A DNA stretch of 64,000 nt, from the NCBI GenBank assembly GCA_045862955.1, contig BTVI01000001.1:1-64000 (forward strand), read 5' to 3'. The position numbers were made by a program, and so were the translations under genes. The notes below the pieces were generated by a model. It searched no databases. It worked only from the letters and a program-made list of their open reading frames with translations, and was not told the DNA's origin. Shown in pieces: positions 1 to 9,723 of the stretch (position 1 is the stretch's first letter; each line of letters opens with the position of its first letter). The stretch is from Fimbriimonadales bacterium. GTDB lineage: Bacteria; Armatimonadota; Fimbriimonadia; Fimbriimonadales; JABRVX01.

Positions 1-2
1 TG

Positions 3-179
3 CTGTTCGCTCTCTGCGCCGCTGGATGCGACCGTCTGGGACCTGTGGAGAGCGATTCGGACAAGGGGAAGCTGAAGATCGAACACCCGGGGGACTCGCC
101 GGACACCGATAAGAAGGGTGATGTGAAAGGTCACCCCTCGGCCGTGGGCGGCGGCATCATCTACGACGACGGTTTGTAG
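3..179 (+). CDS. Small lipoprotein, 5'-truncated by the window edge
   Basis: Open frame LFALCAAGCDRLGPVESDSDKG...IIYDDGL* with lipobox AAGC; followed by a terminator hairpin. Confidence 0.55.
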   Translation: MFALCAAGCDRLGPVESDSDKGKLKIEHPGDSPDTDKKGDVKGHPSAVGGGIIYDDGL

Positions 180-217
180 CACCATCTGCCTTCTTGCAGG
201 GAGTGGCAGAGATGGAA

Positions 218-261
218 CGAGACCGCCCGGCAGCTATGCTGGGCGGTCTCGCGTTTCTATT
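218..261 (+). terminator. Rho-independent terminator
   Basis: CGAGACCGCCCGGCA-gcta-TGCTGGGCGGTCTCG stem followed by cgtttctatt. Confidence 0.7.
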
Positions 262-285
262 GCTTACCGTTGCTCCGGGTGCCCC

Positions 286-606
286 CTACCCTCACCACGG
301 CGAGAGGATGGGTCACTGGTGACCTCACGCTGAGCCGGTCGAAGCGCGTATTTGTGAGTGCCAGAGCCACACTGTGAATTCGAAAACGTGCGGCTGGCGG
401 CCCCATGCTTCGACAAGCTCAGCATGACGACAAGCTCAGCACGGCGACAGGCTCAGCATGACGGCAGGCTCAGCACGGCGACGGGCCCAGCATGACGACA
501 GGCTCAGCACGGCGACGGGCTCAGCACGGCGACGGGCTAAGCATGACGGTCCCGGACGGCTGCACGCTCTCACACTGACCCTTCCTCCCCGAGTGGTGAG
601 GGTGGT
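286..606. repeat. REP/MITE-like palindromic element with imperfect outer inverted repeats and an internal tandem array
   Basis: 286-322 is an imperfect reverse complement of 569-606; inner arm TCACGCTGAGCCGGTCGAAGC (325-345) pairs with GCTTCGACAAGCTCAGCATGA (407-427). Confidence 0.55.
411..546 (+). repeat. 17-bp tandem repeat x8, consensus CGACRRGCTCAGCAYGR
   Basis: Units start at 411, 428, 445, 462, 479, 496, 513 and 530. Confidence 0.95.
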
Positions 607-627
607 TTCACCGGGCGTTATCGAGTC

Positions 628-1128
628 CTAGGCTCGGCGGCGCTTGCGAGCGGCCACCAGACCGGCCAGCCCCACGCCGACCGCCGCGAGAGACCCCGGC
701 TCCGGAACCAGCCGCATCTGCCCGCGGATCTCTCCCCCGGGAAATGTCTGGGTGTGTACGTTCACATAGAGGTTTCCCGCCACGAGCTCTGCGAGATGAG
801 TCGGGCTGAGGGTCCCCGCCCCGACGACTGGATTGGTCCAAACGCCCCCCGGGAGCAGGTTGAAGATGACGGGTCCGTTGATACCCACCGGCGCATTGTG
901 AATGTGCGCGGCGATGATCGTCGAGGTGAGACCGTTGGCCGTCATCGAATAGGTGAAGTCGCCAGTGACCATGTTGACGTCGAAGAGGCCGTAGCCCGTA
1001 CCCGGGCTGGCGTTCGGCGGGACCTCCTCGAGACCAGTCATGTTGACCTCCCACAGCGCCGCCAGTGCCGTGGTGGTGCAGACGGTGAGAGCCGCGATCG
1101 TGGCGGCACAGACACGGATTGTCTTCAT
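628..1128 (-). CDS. CHRD-domain protein with PEP-CTERM sorting signal
   Basis: Signal peptide MKTIRVCAATIAAL; CHRD motifs EVPP, AAHIH, LYVNVHT.FPGGEIRGQ; C-terminal VPEPGSL-TM-RKRRR. Start trimmed from the longer track ORF. Confidence 0.9.
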   Translation of the reverse strand: MKTIRVCAATIAALTVCTTTALAALWEVNMTGLEEVPPNASPGTGYGLFDVNMVTGDFTYSMTANGLTSTIIAAHIHNAPVGINGPVIFNLLPGGVWTNPVVGAGTLSPTHLAELVAGNLYVNVHTQTFPGGEIRGQMRLVPEPGSLAAVGVGLAGLVAARKRRRA

Positions 1129-1338
1129 TCGTCGCTTCCTTTCATGATGCGAGCATCGGGTGGCCGCGTCGCCGCCGCGTACCCCCCTCGCGGGAGGTGA
1201 CGGGAGCAGCGCGGTATATCGCTTAGCACTACTAAATATACCACAGGTTTTCTCGATTCGACGGCATGGCTCTCGGCAGCTCCGACCGCGAGGCCGCCAG
1301 GTACCATATCGGCAACCACCGATTCGAAGGAGATTCAG

Positions 1339-2838
1339 ATGGCAGAGCAGTTTCGCGCTCTTATCAATGGCGAATGGATCGCATCCGGCTCCCAGGGGAC
1401 GTTCGAGAACGTCAACCCCGCAGACAACAGCGATGTTGTCGGTACCTTTCCGAAGTGCGGCAGGGAGGAAGTAGAGGCCGCAGTGGCCTCGGCCAAGGAG
1501 GCACAGAAGGCTTGGGCGCTGGTCCCTGCCCCGCGGCGCGGCGAGATCATCAAGCGGTGTGGAGATATCTTGTCGGAGCGGAAGGAGGACCTGGCCCGCT
1601 CGATGACGCGCGAGATGGGAAAGATCCTGGCCGAGACGCGGGGCGATGTGCAAGAGGCCATAGACACCGCCTACATGATGGCGGGAGAGGGCCGCAGGAT
1701 GTATGGCGACACGGTGCCGTGCGAGCTCCCGAACAAGTTCGGCATGAGCATCCGCTGTCCCATCGGCGTCGCCGGGATGATCACGCCGTGGAACTTTCCG
1801 ATGGCCATCCCCTCGTGGAAGATATTCCCTGCGCTGGTATGCGGCAACACGGTGGTACTTAAGCCGGCAACCGACACGCCGGCATCGTCCGCCCGATTCG
1901 TGGAGGCCCTCTTGGATGCGGGGCTTCCACCCAAGTGCATCCAGCTGGTGTACGGCAGTGGACGCGACGTGGGAGAGACGCTAGCAACCCATCCGGACGT
2001 CGGGGTGGTCTCGTTCACCGGGTCTTCGGAGGTGGGGAGGCGACTCGCGGCGGTGTGCGGCGAGCGGCTGAAGCGGCTATCCCTGGAGCTCGGCGGCAAG
2101 AACCCGCAGATCGTGATGGAGGACGCCGACATAGAGCTGGCAGTAGAGGGTGCGCTGTGGGGTGCGTTCGGCACCACCGGTCAGCGATGCACCGCTACGT
2201 CTCGCCTCATCGTACACCGAGAAGTGAAGGAGCAGTTCACTTCGATGCTGGTTGCCCGCGCGAAGGCGCTGAAGGTCGGCAACGGTCTGGACGAGAGCGT
2301 GCAGATGGGTCCGTGCATCAACGCCGCTCAGCGCGAGACCGTGCACGGGTACGTGGAGATCGGCAAGTCCGAGGGTGCGCGGTTGCTCTGTGGCGGCCAC
2401 GCTTTGACCGAGGGGGAATATGCGAAGGGCTCGTTCTATGCGCCGACGGTTTTTGCCGACGTGACGCCGAAGATGCGCATTTTTCAGGAGGAGATCTTCG
2501 GGCCGGTGGTCGGCATCACCGAAGTGTCGTCGTTCGAGGAGGCCATCGCCGTGGCGAACGACTGCGCCTACGGTTTGTCGAGTTCCATCTACACTCGGGA
2601 CGTGCAGCGGGCGTTCCAGGCGATTCGCGACATCCAGGCCGGCATCACTTACATCAACGGGCCGACCATCGGTGCCGAGGTGGGGCTGCCGTTCGGCGGC
2701 GTGAAGGACACGGGCAACGGGCATCGCGAGTCCGGTTACCAGGTGCTGGACATCTTTACCGAGTGGAAGTCGGTGTACGTGGACTTCTCGGGGAGACTGC
2801 AGCGCGCGCAGATCGATACCGAGAAGCTCAGCGGCTAG
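1339..2838 (+). CDS. NAD(P)-dependent aldehyde dehydrogenase
   Basis: ITPWNFP, FTGS, LELGGKNP, GQRCT catalytic Cys, EEIFGP, PFGG motifs; RBS AAGGAG. Confidence 0.95.
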   Translation: MAEQFRALINGEWIASGSQGTFENVNPADNSDVVGTFPKCGREEVEAAVASAKEAQKAWALVPAPRRGEIIKRCGDILSERKEDLARSMTREMGKILAETRGDVQEAIDTAYMMAGEGRRMYGDTVPCELPNKFGMSIRCPIGVAGMITPWNFPMAIPSWKIFPALVCGNTVVLKPATDTPASSARFVEALLDAGLPPKCIQLVYGSGRDVGETLATHPDVGVVSFTGSSEVGRRLAAVCGERLKRLSLELGGKNPQIVMEDADIELAVEGALWGAFGTTGQRCTATSRLIVHREVKEQFTSMLVARAKALKVGNGLDESVQMGPCINAAQRETVHGYVEIGKSEGARLLCGGHALTEGEYAKGSFYAPTVFADVTPKMRIFQEEIFGPVVGITEVSSFEEAIAVANDCAYGLSSSIYTRDVQRAFQAIRDIQAGITYINGPTIGAEVGLPFGGVKDTGNGHRESGYQVLDIFTEWKSVYVDFSGRLQRAQIDTEKLSG

Positions 2839-2892
2839 TGCCTATTAGGTCCTCTGCCGAGCCCCGAGCTCGCGCGGGCGTTTGACTATGCG

Positions 2893-4353
2893 ATGAGCAG
2901 CGAGGGGGCGCACCCTAACCGTGTGCTGCTGACTGGAGCCACAGGCTACGTCGGCGGAAGGCTTCTGCGCGTTCTGGAGAGCCGCGGGCATCGAGTGCGG
3001 TGCATGGCTCGTAACCCGCAGCCACTGTCCTCTCGCGTCGGGCCTAGCACCGAGGTCGTGCAAGGAGACGTGACGGACTCGGCGTCGCTCCGCATGGCGA
3101 TGTCGGGAGTTTCCGTCGCGTTCTATCTGGTCCACTCGATGGGCGCCAGCGGTCGGTTCGATAAAGAAGACCGAGTGGCGGCCCGCGCATTTGCGGAGGC
3201 TGCGAGCGCTGCGGGGGTACGTCGGATCGTGTACCTCGGCGGCTTGGGTCGGGGGGACAGGCTGTCTCCGCATCTCGCGAGCAGGCAGGAGGTCGGGCGG
3301 ATTCTCAGGGAGAGCGGGGTCCCGACAATCGAGTTTCGGGCCTCGGTGATCATCGGCTCCGGCAGTCTATCCTTCGAGATGGTTCGGGCGCTCGTGGAGA
3401 CGCTGCCGGTGATGATAACTCCCAGATGGGTGCGCACTCCGACGCAGCCGATTGCCGTAGAGGATGTAATCGAGTACCTCGCAGCGGCGGTGGACGTGCC
3501 TCTCGATGGCAGCCGCATCTTCGAGATCGGAGGGCCCGACCGCGTCAGCTACCTCGACCTACTGAGGGAGTACGCGCGGCAGCGAAGGTTGAAGCGGCTG
3601 ATCTTCCCGGTTCCCGTATTGACGCCGTGGCTTTCCAGTCTATGGCTCGGTCTGGTGACGCCCCTTTATGCTCGGGTCGGGAGGAAGCTGATTGACAGCG
3701 TGCGCAACGAGACGGTGGTGACGGACGATGCTGCGCTGCGAGTATTCGATGTGAAGCCGCGGGGCTTTCGAGAGGCGATCGAGCGAGCCCTTGTCAACGA
3801 GGATCGGGAGTATGCGGAGACGCGTTGGTCCGATGCGCTCTCGTCGGTTGGCAAGCCGCAGAGCTGGGGACGAGGGCGGCTCGGACCTCGCATTGTCGAT
3901 TCGCGTGTCCGGTGGGTTCGGGTGCCGCCGCAGGAGGCGTTCGAACCCATTCGGCGCATCGGAGGGCGCGCGGGCTGGTACTTCGGCGATTGGCTTTGGC
4001 AGTTGCGCGGCGCACTGGACTTGCTGGTCGGGGGTCCGGGCATGCGCAGGGGTCGTCGCCATCCCGTTGACCTGGCTCCCGGCCAACCGTTGGACTTCTG
4101 GACGGTAGAGGCATTCGAGCCGAATCATCTCCTGCGGCTTTCGGCAGGGATGAAGGTGCCGGGTCGCGCTTGGCTGCAGTTCGAGGTAACCCCTTCGGCG
4201 GGAGGGTCTGAGATTCGGCAGACCGCCATCTTCGACCCGGCAGGGGTCAGCGGCAGGCTCTACTGGTATCTCCTGTACCCCATCCATGCAGCCATCTTCA
4301 GTGGCATGCTGCGAGAGATCGCACGTCGTGCGGAGGCGGGTGGCAGCAAGTGA
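2893..4353 (+). CDS. Atypical SDR/NAD(P)H-binding protein with C-terminal DUF2867 (YbjT-like)
   Basis: TGATGYVG Rossmann motif, YLVHSM, C-terminal LDFW.VE..EP..LLRL.A.MKVPG.AWL. Confidence 0.85.
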   Translation: MSSEGAHPNRVLLTGATGYVGGRLLRVLESRGHRVRCMARNPQPLSSRVGPSTEVVQGDVTDSASLRMAMSGVSVAFYLVHSMGASGRFDKEDRVAARAFAEAASAAGVRRIVYLGGLGRGDRLSPHLASRQEVGRILRESGVPTIEFRASVIIGSGSLSFEMVRALVETLPVMITPRWVRTPTQPIAVEDVIEYLAAAVDVPLDGSRIFEIGGPDRVSYLDLLREYARQRRLKRLIFPVPVLTPWLSSLWLGLVTPLYARVGRKLIDSVRNETVVTDDAALRVFDVKPRGFREAIERALVNEDREYAETRWSDALSSVGKPQSWGRGRLGPRIVDSRVRWVRVPPQEAFEPIRRIGGRAGWYFGDWLWQLRGALDLLVGGPGMRRGRRHPVDLAPGQPLDFWTVEAFEPNHLLRLSAGMKVPGRAWLQFEVTPSAGGSEIRQTAIFDPAGVSGRLYWYLLYPIHAAIFSGMLREIARRAEAGGSK

Positions 4354-5723
4354 CCTCCGTCGTTTGGTTTCGCAACGACCTTCGACTGTCGGATAACTCG
4401 GCGCTAGCCGAGGCGGTGGCATCCGGCGCGGTGGTTCCACTCTATGTGTGGTCGCCGGAGGACGAGGGTGACTGGCCGTTGGGAGCGGCGAGTCGGTGGT
4501 GGTTGCACCACTCGCTGCTATCGCTGGATGCGAGTCTCAAGAGGTTGGGTTCGAGGCTGGTCATTCGCCGTGGGCCTGCCCAAAAGGTGGTTCCGGCCGT
4601 GGTGCAAGAGGTCGGGGCGACCTCGCTGCAGTTCTCGAGGCGATATGAGCCTGCTGCTCGCGAAGTGGAGGCGAGTGTGGTTGCTGCCGTGGAGAAGCTC
4701 GGAGTGCGTGCAACGGTGCGCGGGAATGCGCTACTACGCGAGCCTTGGGAGGTTGCGACTGCGGACGGGAGGCCGTATCAGGTGTTCACACCCTACTGGA
4801 AAGCGTGTCTCGCCGGTCCTGAGCCGCCACTTCCGACAGGAGCACCGGCGAGGCTCCGAGCACCGAATGCATGGCCAGCGTCGCTAACCGTGGACGACTT
4901 GGAGCTGCTACCCAAGGTGGATTGGGCTGCAGGGCTGCGGGAGAGCTGGGAGCCTGGGGAGGCAGGAGCGAAGAAGCTGCTCGACCGTTTCGCCGGTGGG
5001 CCGGTTGACAGCTACGCATCGGACCGAAACCGACCCGACATCGAGGGGACTTCGAGGCTCTCGCCGCACCTACACTTCGGGGAGATTTCGATTCGCGAGG
5101 TGTGGCACGCATGCCGGCGGTCCTCTGTGTTTGCATCGGAGTTGGGGTGGCGGGAGTTCGCCTACCACTTGCTCTGGCACTTCCCCCACACGCCGACGGA
5201 GCCGTTGCGCGAGCAGTTCCGCGACTTTCCATGGGCGGACGACGCGGAGGCCCTCCAAAGGTGGAGGAAGGGCCTGACCGGATACCCGTTCGTGGACGCG
5301 GGGATGCGGGAGCTGTGGCACACGGGGTGGATGCACAACCGGACGCGGATGGTCGTGGCATCGTTCTTGGTGAAGGACCTGTTGATTCCGTGGCAGCAGG
5401 GAGCGAGATGGTTCTGGGACACGTTGGTGGACGCGGACCTGGCTAACAACACCCTGGGCTGGCAGTGGACCGCAGGGTGTGGGGCGGATGCGGCGCCGTA
5501 CTTCCGCATCTTCAACCCCGTTGGGCAGGGCAAGAAGTTCGACCCCGAGGGCAGATATGTCCGTAGGTGGGTCACTGAGCTAGCCGGGAACTCATCGGGC
5601 GATGTTCACGAACCCTGGAACTCGCTGGAGGGCGTTGCAAGCGGGTACCCGGAACCCATCGTGGACCACGCAGCAGCGCGGCAAAGGGCGCTGGCGGCGT
5701 TCGAGGGGCTTCGCCGTTCGTGA
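4350..5723 (+). CDS. phrB: Deoxyribodipyrimidine photolyase (class I CPD)
   Basis: WFRNDLRL.DN, TSRLSPHLHFGEIS, WREF, GWMHNR.RM, DADLANN, PYFRIFNP. Confidence 0.95.
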   Translation: MTSVVWFRNDLRLSDNSALAEAVASGAVVPLYVWSPEDEGDWPLGAASRWWLHHSLLSLDASLKRLGSRLVIRRGPAQKVVPAVVQEVGATSLQFSRRYEPAAREVEASVVAAVEKLGVRATVRGNALLREPWEVATADGRPYQVFTPYWKACLAGPEPPLPTGAPARLRAPNAWPASLTVDDLELLPKVDWAAGLRESWEPGEAGAKKLLDRFAGGPVDSYASDRNRPDIEGTSRLSPHLHFGEISIREVWHACRRSSVFASELGWREFAYHLLWHFPHTPTEPLREQFRDFPWADDAEALQRWRKGLTGYPFVDAGMRELWHTGWMHNRTRMVVASFLVKDLLIPWQQGARWFWDTLVDADLANNTLGWQWTAGCGADAAPYFRIFNPVGQGKKFDPEGRYVRRWVTELAGNSSGDVHEPWNSLEGVASGYPEPIVDHAAARQRALAAFEGLRRS

Positions 5724-7090
5724 GCGAGCGGCTGCAGTTTTCTACCAAGCTGGCGGCCCCTAGGGAGTTCGTGTTCGATTGGCACGAGAGACCGGGGGCG
5801 TTCGAGAGGCTGAGCCCGCCTTGGGACAAGGTTCGGTTGGTGGAAAGCCAGGGCGGTATTCGGGACGGGGGTCGGGCGACGCTCGAGGTGCCAATCGGCC
5901 CTTTTCGGATTCGCTGGCTGGCAGAGCACCGGGGTTACGATTACGGACGAAGTTTCGACGACATTCAGCTTCGTGTCCCATTCCGCGAGTGGCTCCATCG
6001 CAGGCGGTTCGAGGACGACGCGTCGGGCTGCAGGCTGGATGAGACACTCGAGTACCGCCTGCCGCTCGGACTGCTGGGGCGCATGCTGGCCGAGTCGGCG
6101 GTGAGAGAGAGGCTGCATCGGGTGTTTCAGCACCGATCGCGGGTACTACAGTGGGACGTGGAAGCACACTACGGGGCTAGGGAGCACGCGCCGAAGCGCA
6201 TACTGATCTCCGGTGCAGGAGGGCTGGTCGGCAGCCACCTCCGACCGTTTCTCAGCGCAGGGGGTCACCAGATCACTGCGTTAGTGCGGCGGGCTCCGCA
6301 GACAGAGGCCGAGATCCGCTGGGACCCTGCGAAGCGTGAGCTCGATGCTTCCTTATTAGAAGGATTCGACGCAGTCATCCACCTGGCTGGAGAGAGTATC
6401 GAGGGCAGGTGGTCTGCCGAGAAGAAGACCGCCATTCTCAGCAGCCGAGTGGAATCCACGCGGCTGCTTGCGGAGACCTTGGCCAAACTATCGAAACCGC
6501 CTTCGACGCTCATCTCGGCATCGGCTATCGGCTTCTACGGAAGTCGGGGCGACACGGAACTGACGGAGGAAGCCACGCAGGGCGAAGGCTTCCTGCCGGA
6601 AGTAGCCGCTGCGTGGGAGGAAGCGGCTTCCGCAGCGCGCGAGGCTGGCATTCGCGTCATACACCCCCGGTTCGGGATGATCCTTTCGCCTAAGGGTGGC
6701 GCGTTGGCGCGGCTGCTGCCGTTGGCTCGACTGGGCATGGCGGGACCCATCGGCTCGGGCAGGCAGTTCGTTAGCTGGGTGGCGATGGATGATGTTCTTT
6801 ACGCGCTGCTTCACCTGTTAACTAACAGCAGCCTTAGCGGGCCGGTTAACGTGGTCTCGCCGGAGCCTGTGCGTCAGCGTGATTTCGCTTCGGCCCTAGG
6901 AGCTGCGGTTAGCCGTCCCACCCTGGTTCCGACTCCAGCGCTGGTGGTTCGGATGGCGATGGGGAGAGAAGCGGCCGACTCGCTGGTGCTTGCGAGCCAG
7001 CGCGTGGTGCCGGCCAAGCTATTGGATTCGGGTTTCGTCTTCAAACTGCCGCGTCTTTCGGATGCTCTCGAGCATCTGCTAGGGCGTTAA
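5720..7090 (+). CDS. TIGR01777-family epimerase/oxidoreductase with N-terminal SRPBCC-like domain
   Basis: N-terminal WHERPGAFERLSPPW; SGAGGLVG; HLAGE; SASAIGFYG; SQRVVP.KL. Confidence 0.88.
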   Translation: MSERLQFSTKLAAPREFVFDWHERPGAFERLSPPWDKVRLVESQGGIRDGGRATLEVPIGPFRIRWLAEHRGYDYGRSFDDIQLRVPFREWLHRRRFEDDASGCRLDETLEYRLPLGLLGRMLAESAVRERLHRVFQHRSRVLQWDVEAHYGAREHAPKRILISGAGGLVGSHLRPFLSAGGHQITALVRRAPQTEAEIRWDPAKRELDASLLEGFDAVIHLAGESIEGRWSAEKKTAILSSRVESTRLLAETLAKLSKPPSTLISASAIGFYGSRGDTELTEEATQGEGFLPEVAAAWEEAASAAREAGIRVIHPRFGMILSPKGGALARLLPLARLGMAGPIGSGRQFVSWVAMDDVLYALLHLLTNSSLSGPVNVVSPEPVRQRDFASALGAAVSRPTLVPTPALVVRMAMGREAADSLVLASQRVVPAKLLDSGFVFKLPRLSDALEHLLGR

Positions 7091-7112
7091 GGATAGTGGG
7101 AGGTCGAGAGCG

Positions 7113-8552
7113 ATGATGTTGTGGTTCGCGGTCATAACCGCGCTGGGCGTTCAGCAAGACGCTACGGTTTCACGGATGGACCTCGCGCGCTGCCTGTTGA
7201 GGCTGGAACGAGCAATGGTGTCGGCGCCCCCAGCGGCGGACAAGATTGCCGAGGCGAACGTCGCGTTCGACCGGGCAACGCTCGCGTTCTTCGCGGGAAG
7301 CTTCCAGCAGGCCATCGAGCAACTCGACCGGCTGACCGGCTCGCTGGCTCCGGGTTTCGGCAGCCGAGCTGCCCGGGTAGCTGCCTCGGTCCGCTGGAAG
7401 TTGGTGCCACCCTTTGCGCCCGCCAATCAGCAGGTTGCGCTGGAGCTGAAGTGCAGCCCGATCTACGCGTTGGCAGACGTGACCGGCGAGACGAAGCTAA
7501 CGGTGAAGCTGATCGACCCGGCGGGATCCGAGCAGAAACAGTATCCCGTTATCGTGTCAGCCAATCGGACTGCCTCTGCCGAGATTCTGCTCCCGGAGAA
7601 GGGCCTCGATGTGGGCACCTATACGCTGGCACTGTGGTCTGACGACGCGGATACTGCCGTTAGTTTGCGACTACCCGTTTTGCCCAGTGCTCCCGAGCAG
7701 GCCGGGGCAGAAGCGACAGCACGGCTTCGAGCGATTACCCATACCGACCCGAAACTGGCCGATGCGATGACGTCCTGCCTCGCGCGGGCCAGAGTGCTCT
7801 CCTCGCCTTTCGACACGGAGCACGAGCTTTGCACCGACCTCCCTGCGATGATGTCCGACCTTGCGATGGAGGTGGCCAAACTGGAGGCGGGCATCAACCC
7901 TTACATCGGCAAGACGGGAGATACGTGGAGGGTTAGGACGATTGCCGGCAAGGAGGCTCCATTTCGCGTATATGCTCCGCCCGCAGCACCGGGAGGGGGG
8001 CCTCGCCCGTTGGTCCTCGCCTTTCACGGTGCTGGGGGCGACGAGCACATGTTCTTCAACTCGTACGGATCGGGCACGCTTCGATCACTCGCCCTGAAAC
8101 ATGGCTTCGTGGTGGTCACGCCTCGGACCACGGACTACCTCGGCAAGCCCGCCGAAGTTCGGAAGCTGGTCGAGCAAGTGTGTGTGGAGCAAGGAATAGA
8201 CCGAACTCGCGTGTACGTATTGGGGCACTCCTTAGGGGGCGGGCTGGCGTCGCAGCTAGCCATGGAGATGTCGGACGTGTTCGCGGCCGCATGCTGCCTC
8301 GCCTCGGCCTTCGGGATGCCGAAGGGCGAGGTGAAGCAATCTGCGCCGACGTTGGTGATCACTGGCCAGAAGGACGCGGTGGTCCCAGCCGCCGGAGTAA
8401 AGGCGCTCGTAGAGAAGGTGCAGCAGGCAAAGCTTCCGGTCGAGCTAGTGACGGTAGGTGATTACGGGCACACCCTACTGGTGGGAGCGCAGCTGCCCTT
8501 CGCGATCGAGTGGCTGCTGGGGCACCGGTTGGGGGAAGGCTCCAAGCGTTAG
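7113..8552 (+). CDS. Secreted alpha/beta hydrolase (esterase/phospholipase-like)
   Basis: Signal-like N-terminus, FHGAGG oxyanion motif, GHSLGG nucleophile elbow, Asp (KDAVV) and His (GH). Confidence 0.75.
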   Translation: MMLWFAVITALGVQQDATVSRMDLARCLLRLERAMVSAPPAADKIAEANVAFDRATLAFFAGSFQQAIEQLDRLTGSLAPGFGSRAARVAASVRWKLVPPFAPANQQVALELKCSPIYALADVTGETKLTVKLIDPAGSEQKQYPVIVSANRTASAEILLPEKGLDVGTYTLALWSDDADTAVSLRLPVLPSAPEQAGAEATARLRAITHTDPKLADAMTSCLARARVLSSPFDTEHELCTDLPAMMSDLAMEVAKLEAGINPYIGKTGDTWRVRTIAGKEAPFRVYAPPAAPGGGPRPLVLAFHGAGGDEHMFFNSYGSGTLRSLALKHGFVVVTPRTTDYLGKPAEVRKLVEQVCVEQGIDRTRVYVLGHSLGGGLASQLAMEMSDVFAAACCLASAFGMPKGEVKQSAPTLVITGQKDAVVPAAGVKALVEKVQQAKLPVELVTVGDYGHTLLVGAQLPFAIEWLLGHRLGEGSKR

Positions 8553-8578
8553 GAAAGCGGTAAGGTCGTAGGCGATGA

Positions 8579-8609
8579 GGGGTCGTCACGTTGTCTCGTG
8601 AAGACCCCT
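8579..8609. terminator. Possible terminator hairpin
   Basis: GGGGTCGTCACG-ttgtct-CGTGAAGACCCC; no U-tract. Confidence 0.35.
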
Positions 8610-8637
8610 AGGCAGCGATGAAGATAGGGGCAGGTCG

Positions 8638-9723
8638 ATGGCAATCTCGAACGGCTCGGCTGAGGCATTACTGCCCGACGTGGCGCGCTGCATCGACTGC
8701 GACGCGGAATCCGCGGTACCAGCTTTCGTGTGGACTCCCAAGGGCGCGAACTTCGCGAAGCGACTCCCGGGGCGATGGATCGGAAAGCCTCCGCGCTTCG
8801 AGGACGCCTACGCGGTCTATCAGTGTCGTGATTGCGGGTCAGCGTTCCTACTACCGGCTTACTTTGCCGAGGCCGATGCCTGCTACCAAACGCGAAGGTA
8901 CTTCGAGGGCTATTACCCAGATAACATCCACATCGGCGGCCACCCAAACGACGAAGAACACAAGTTCCCTAAGCTGAAAACCAAGATGGAAGCGGGCCGC
9001 GCTCGCTGGCTCGTAAGACTGGCCCAGCGTTACTCCAACGGCTTCCCCTCGATTCCCAGGATGTGTGACATAGGTTGCGCCTCTGGTTGGCTCGTGTTTG
9101 GCGCACTCACGGAAGGATACGACGCTTATGGGGTGGAGATATCGCCGCAAGCAATACGAGCAAAGCAGCGCTGTGGAGAAGAGCGCATCCACCATGGACC
9201 GTTCGATGAGAAGGTATTCGGAGGAGCGAAGTTCGACTTGGTTGTTCTCATGGAGACCGCTGAGCACATTCAGGACCTAGGGGCGCTGCTTCGCTCCATC
9301 CGTAAGGTGCTCACTGCGGAGGGTGTACTGGTGATCGTCAGTCCCAACGACCTTGCGGGCTACAGGCACCTCGTATGGAGGCGCCCGTGGTGGCTCATCC
9401 CACCGATCCATGTTCGCTTCTTCAGCCCACAGAGCCTGAGTCGACTTCTGGAGCAGAGTGACCTCCGCCTGCTGGGGGTCGAGACCCTGGGCACTTTCGG
9501 AGGTGACCTATTCATGGTGCTCGATTGGGTGGCGCGGCGTTTGCGGATAGGCCTGCCATCCTCCGGTGTACCATTCAAGGTGCTTCGTCAGGCATTCGAG
9601 AAAGCTTTCCGCCCACTCGACTGGGTGATTTGCCGGACGGTCGGTCACTCCGAGCTTGTCGTGGTTGCCGGTCCTGCTCGGCGTGCAGGAGTTGCCGACA
9701 CAGTTCCGGAGGATGCTCGATAA
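8638..9723 (+). CDS. Class I SAM-dependent methyltransferase with N-terminal Zn ribbon
   Basis: CxxC...CxxC, DIGCASG motif I, GVEIS, FDLVVLMETAEH, P.H..FFS. Confidence 0.85.
   Translation: MAISNGSAEALLPDVARCIDCDAESAVPAFVWTPKGANFAKRLPGRWIGKPPRFEDAYAVYQCRDCGSAFLLPAYFAEADACYQTRRYFEGYYPDNIHIGGHPNDEEHKFPKLKTKMEAGRARWLVRLAQRYSNGFPSIPRMCDIGCASGWLVFGALTEGYDAYGVEISPQAIRAKQRCGEERIHHGPFDEKVFGGAKFDLVVLMETAEHIQDLGALLRSIRKVLTAEGVLVIVSPNDLAGYRHLVWRRPWWLIPPIHVRFFSPQSLSRLLEQSDLRLLGVETLGTFGGDLFMVLDWVARRLRIGLPSSGVPFKVLRQAFEKAFRPLDWVICRTVGHSELVVVAGPARRAGVADTVPEDAR

Noticed and set aside
411..546. CRISPR interpretation of the 17-bp repeat
   Set aside because: Units are contiguous with no spacers and are too short
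1223..1250. CIRCE operator (TTAGCACT) upstream of the aldehyde dehydrogenase
   Set aside because: Only a half-site; no GAGTGCTAA arm at the 9-nt spacing
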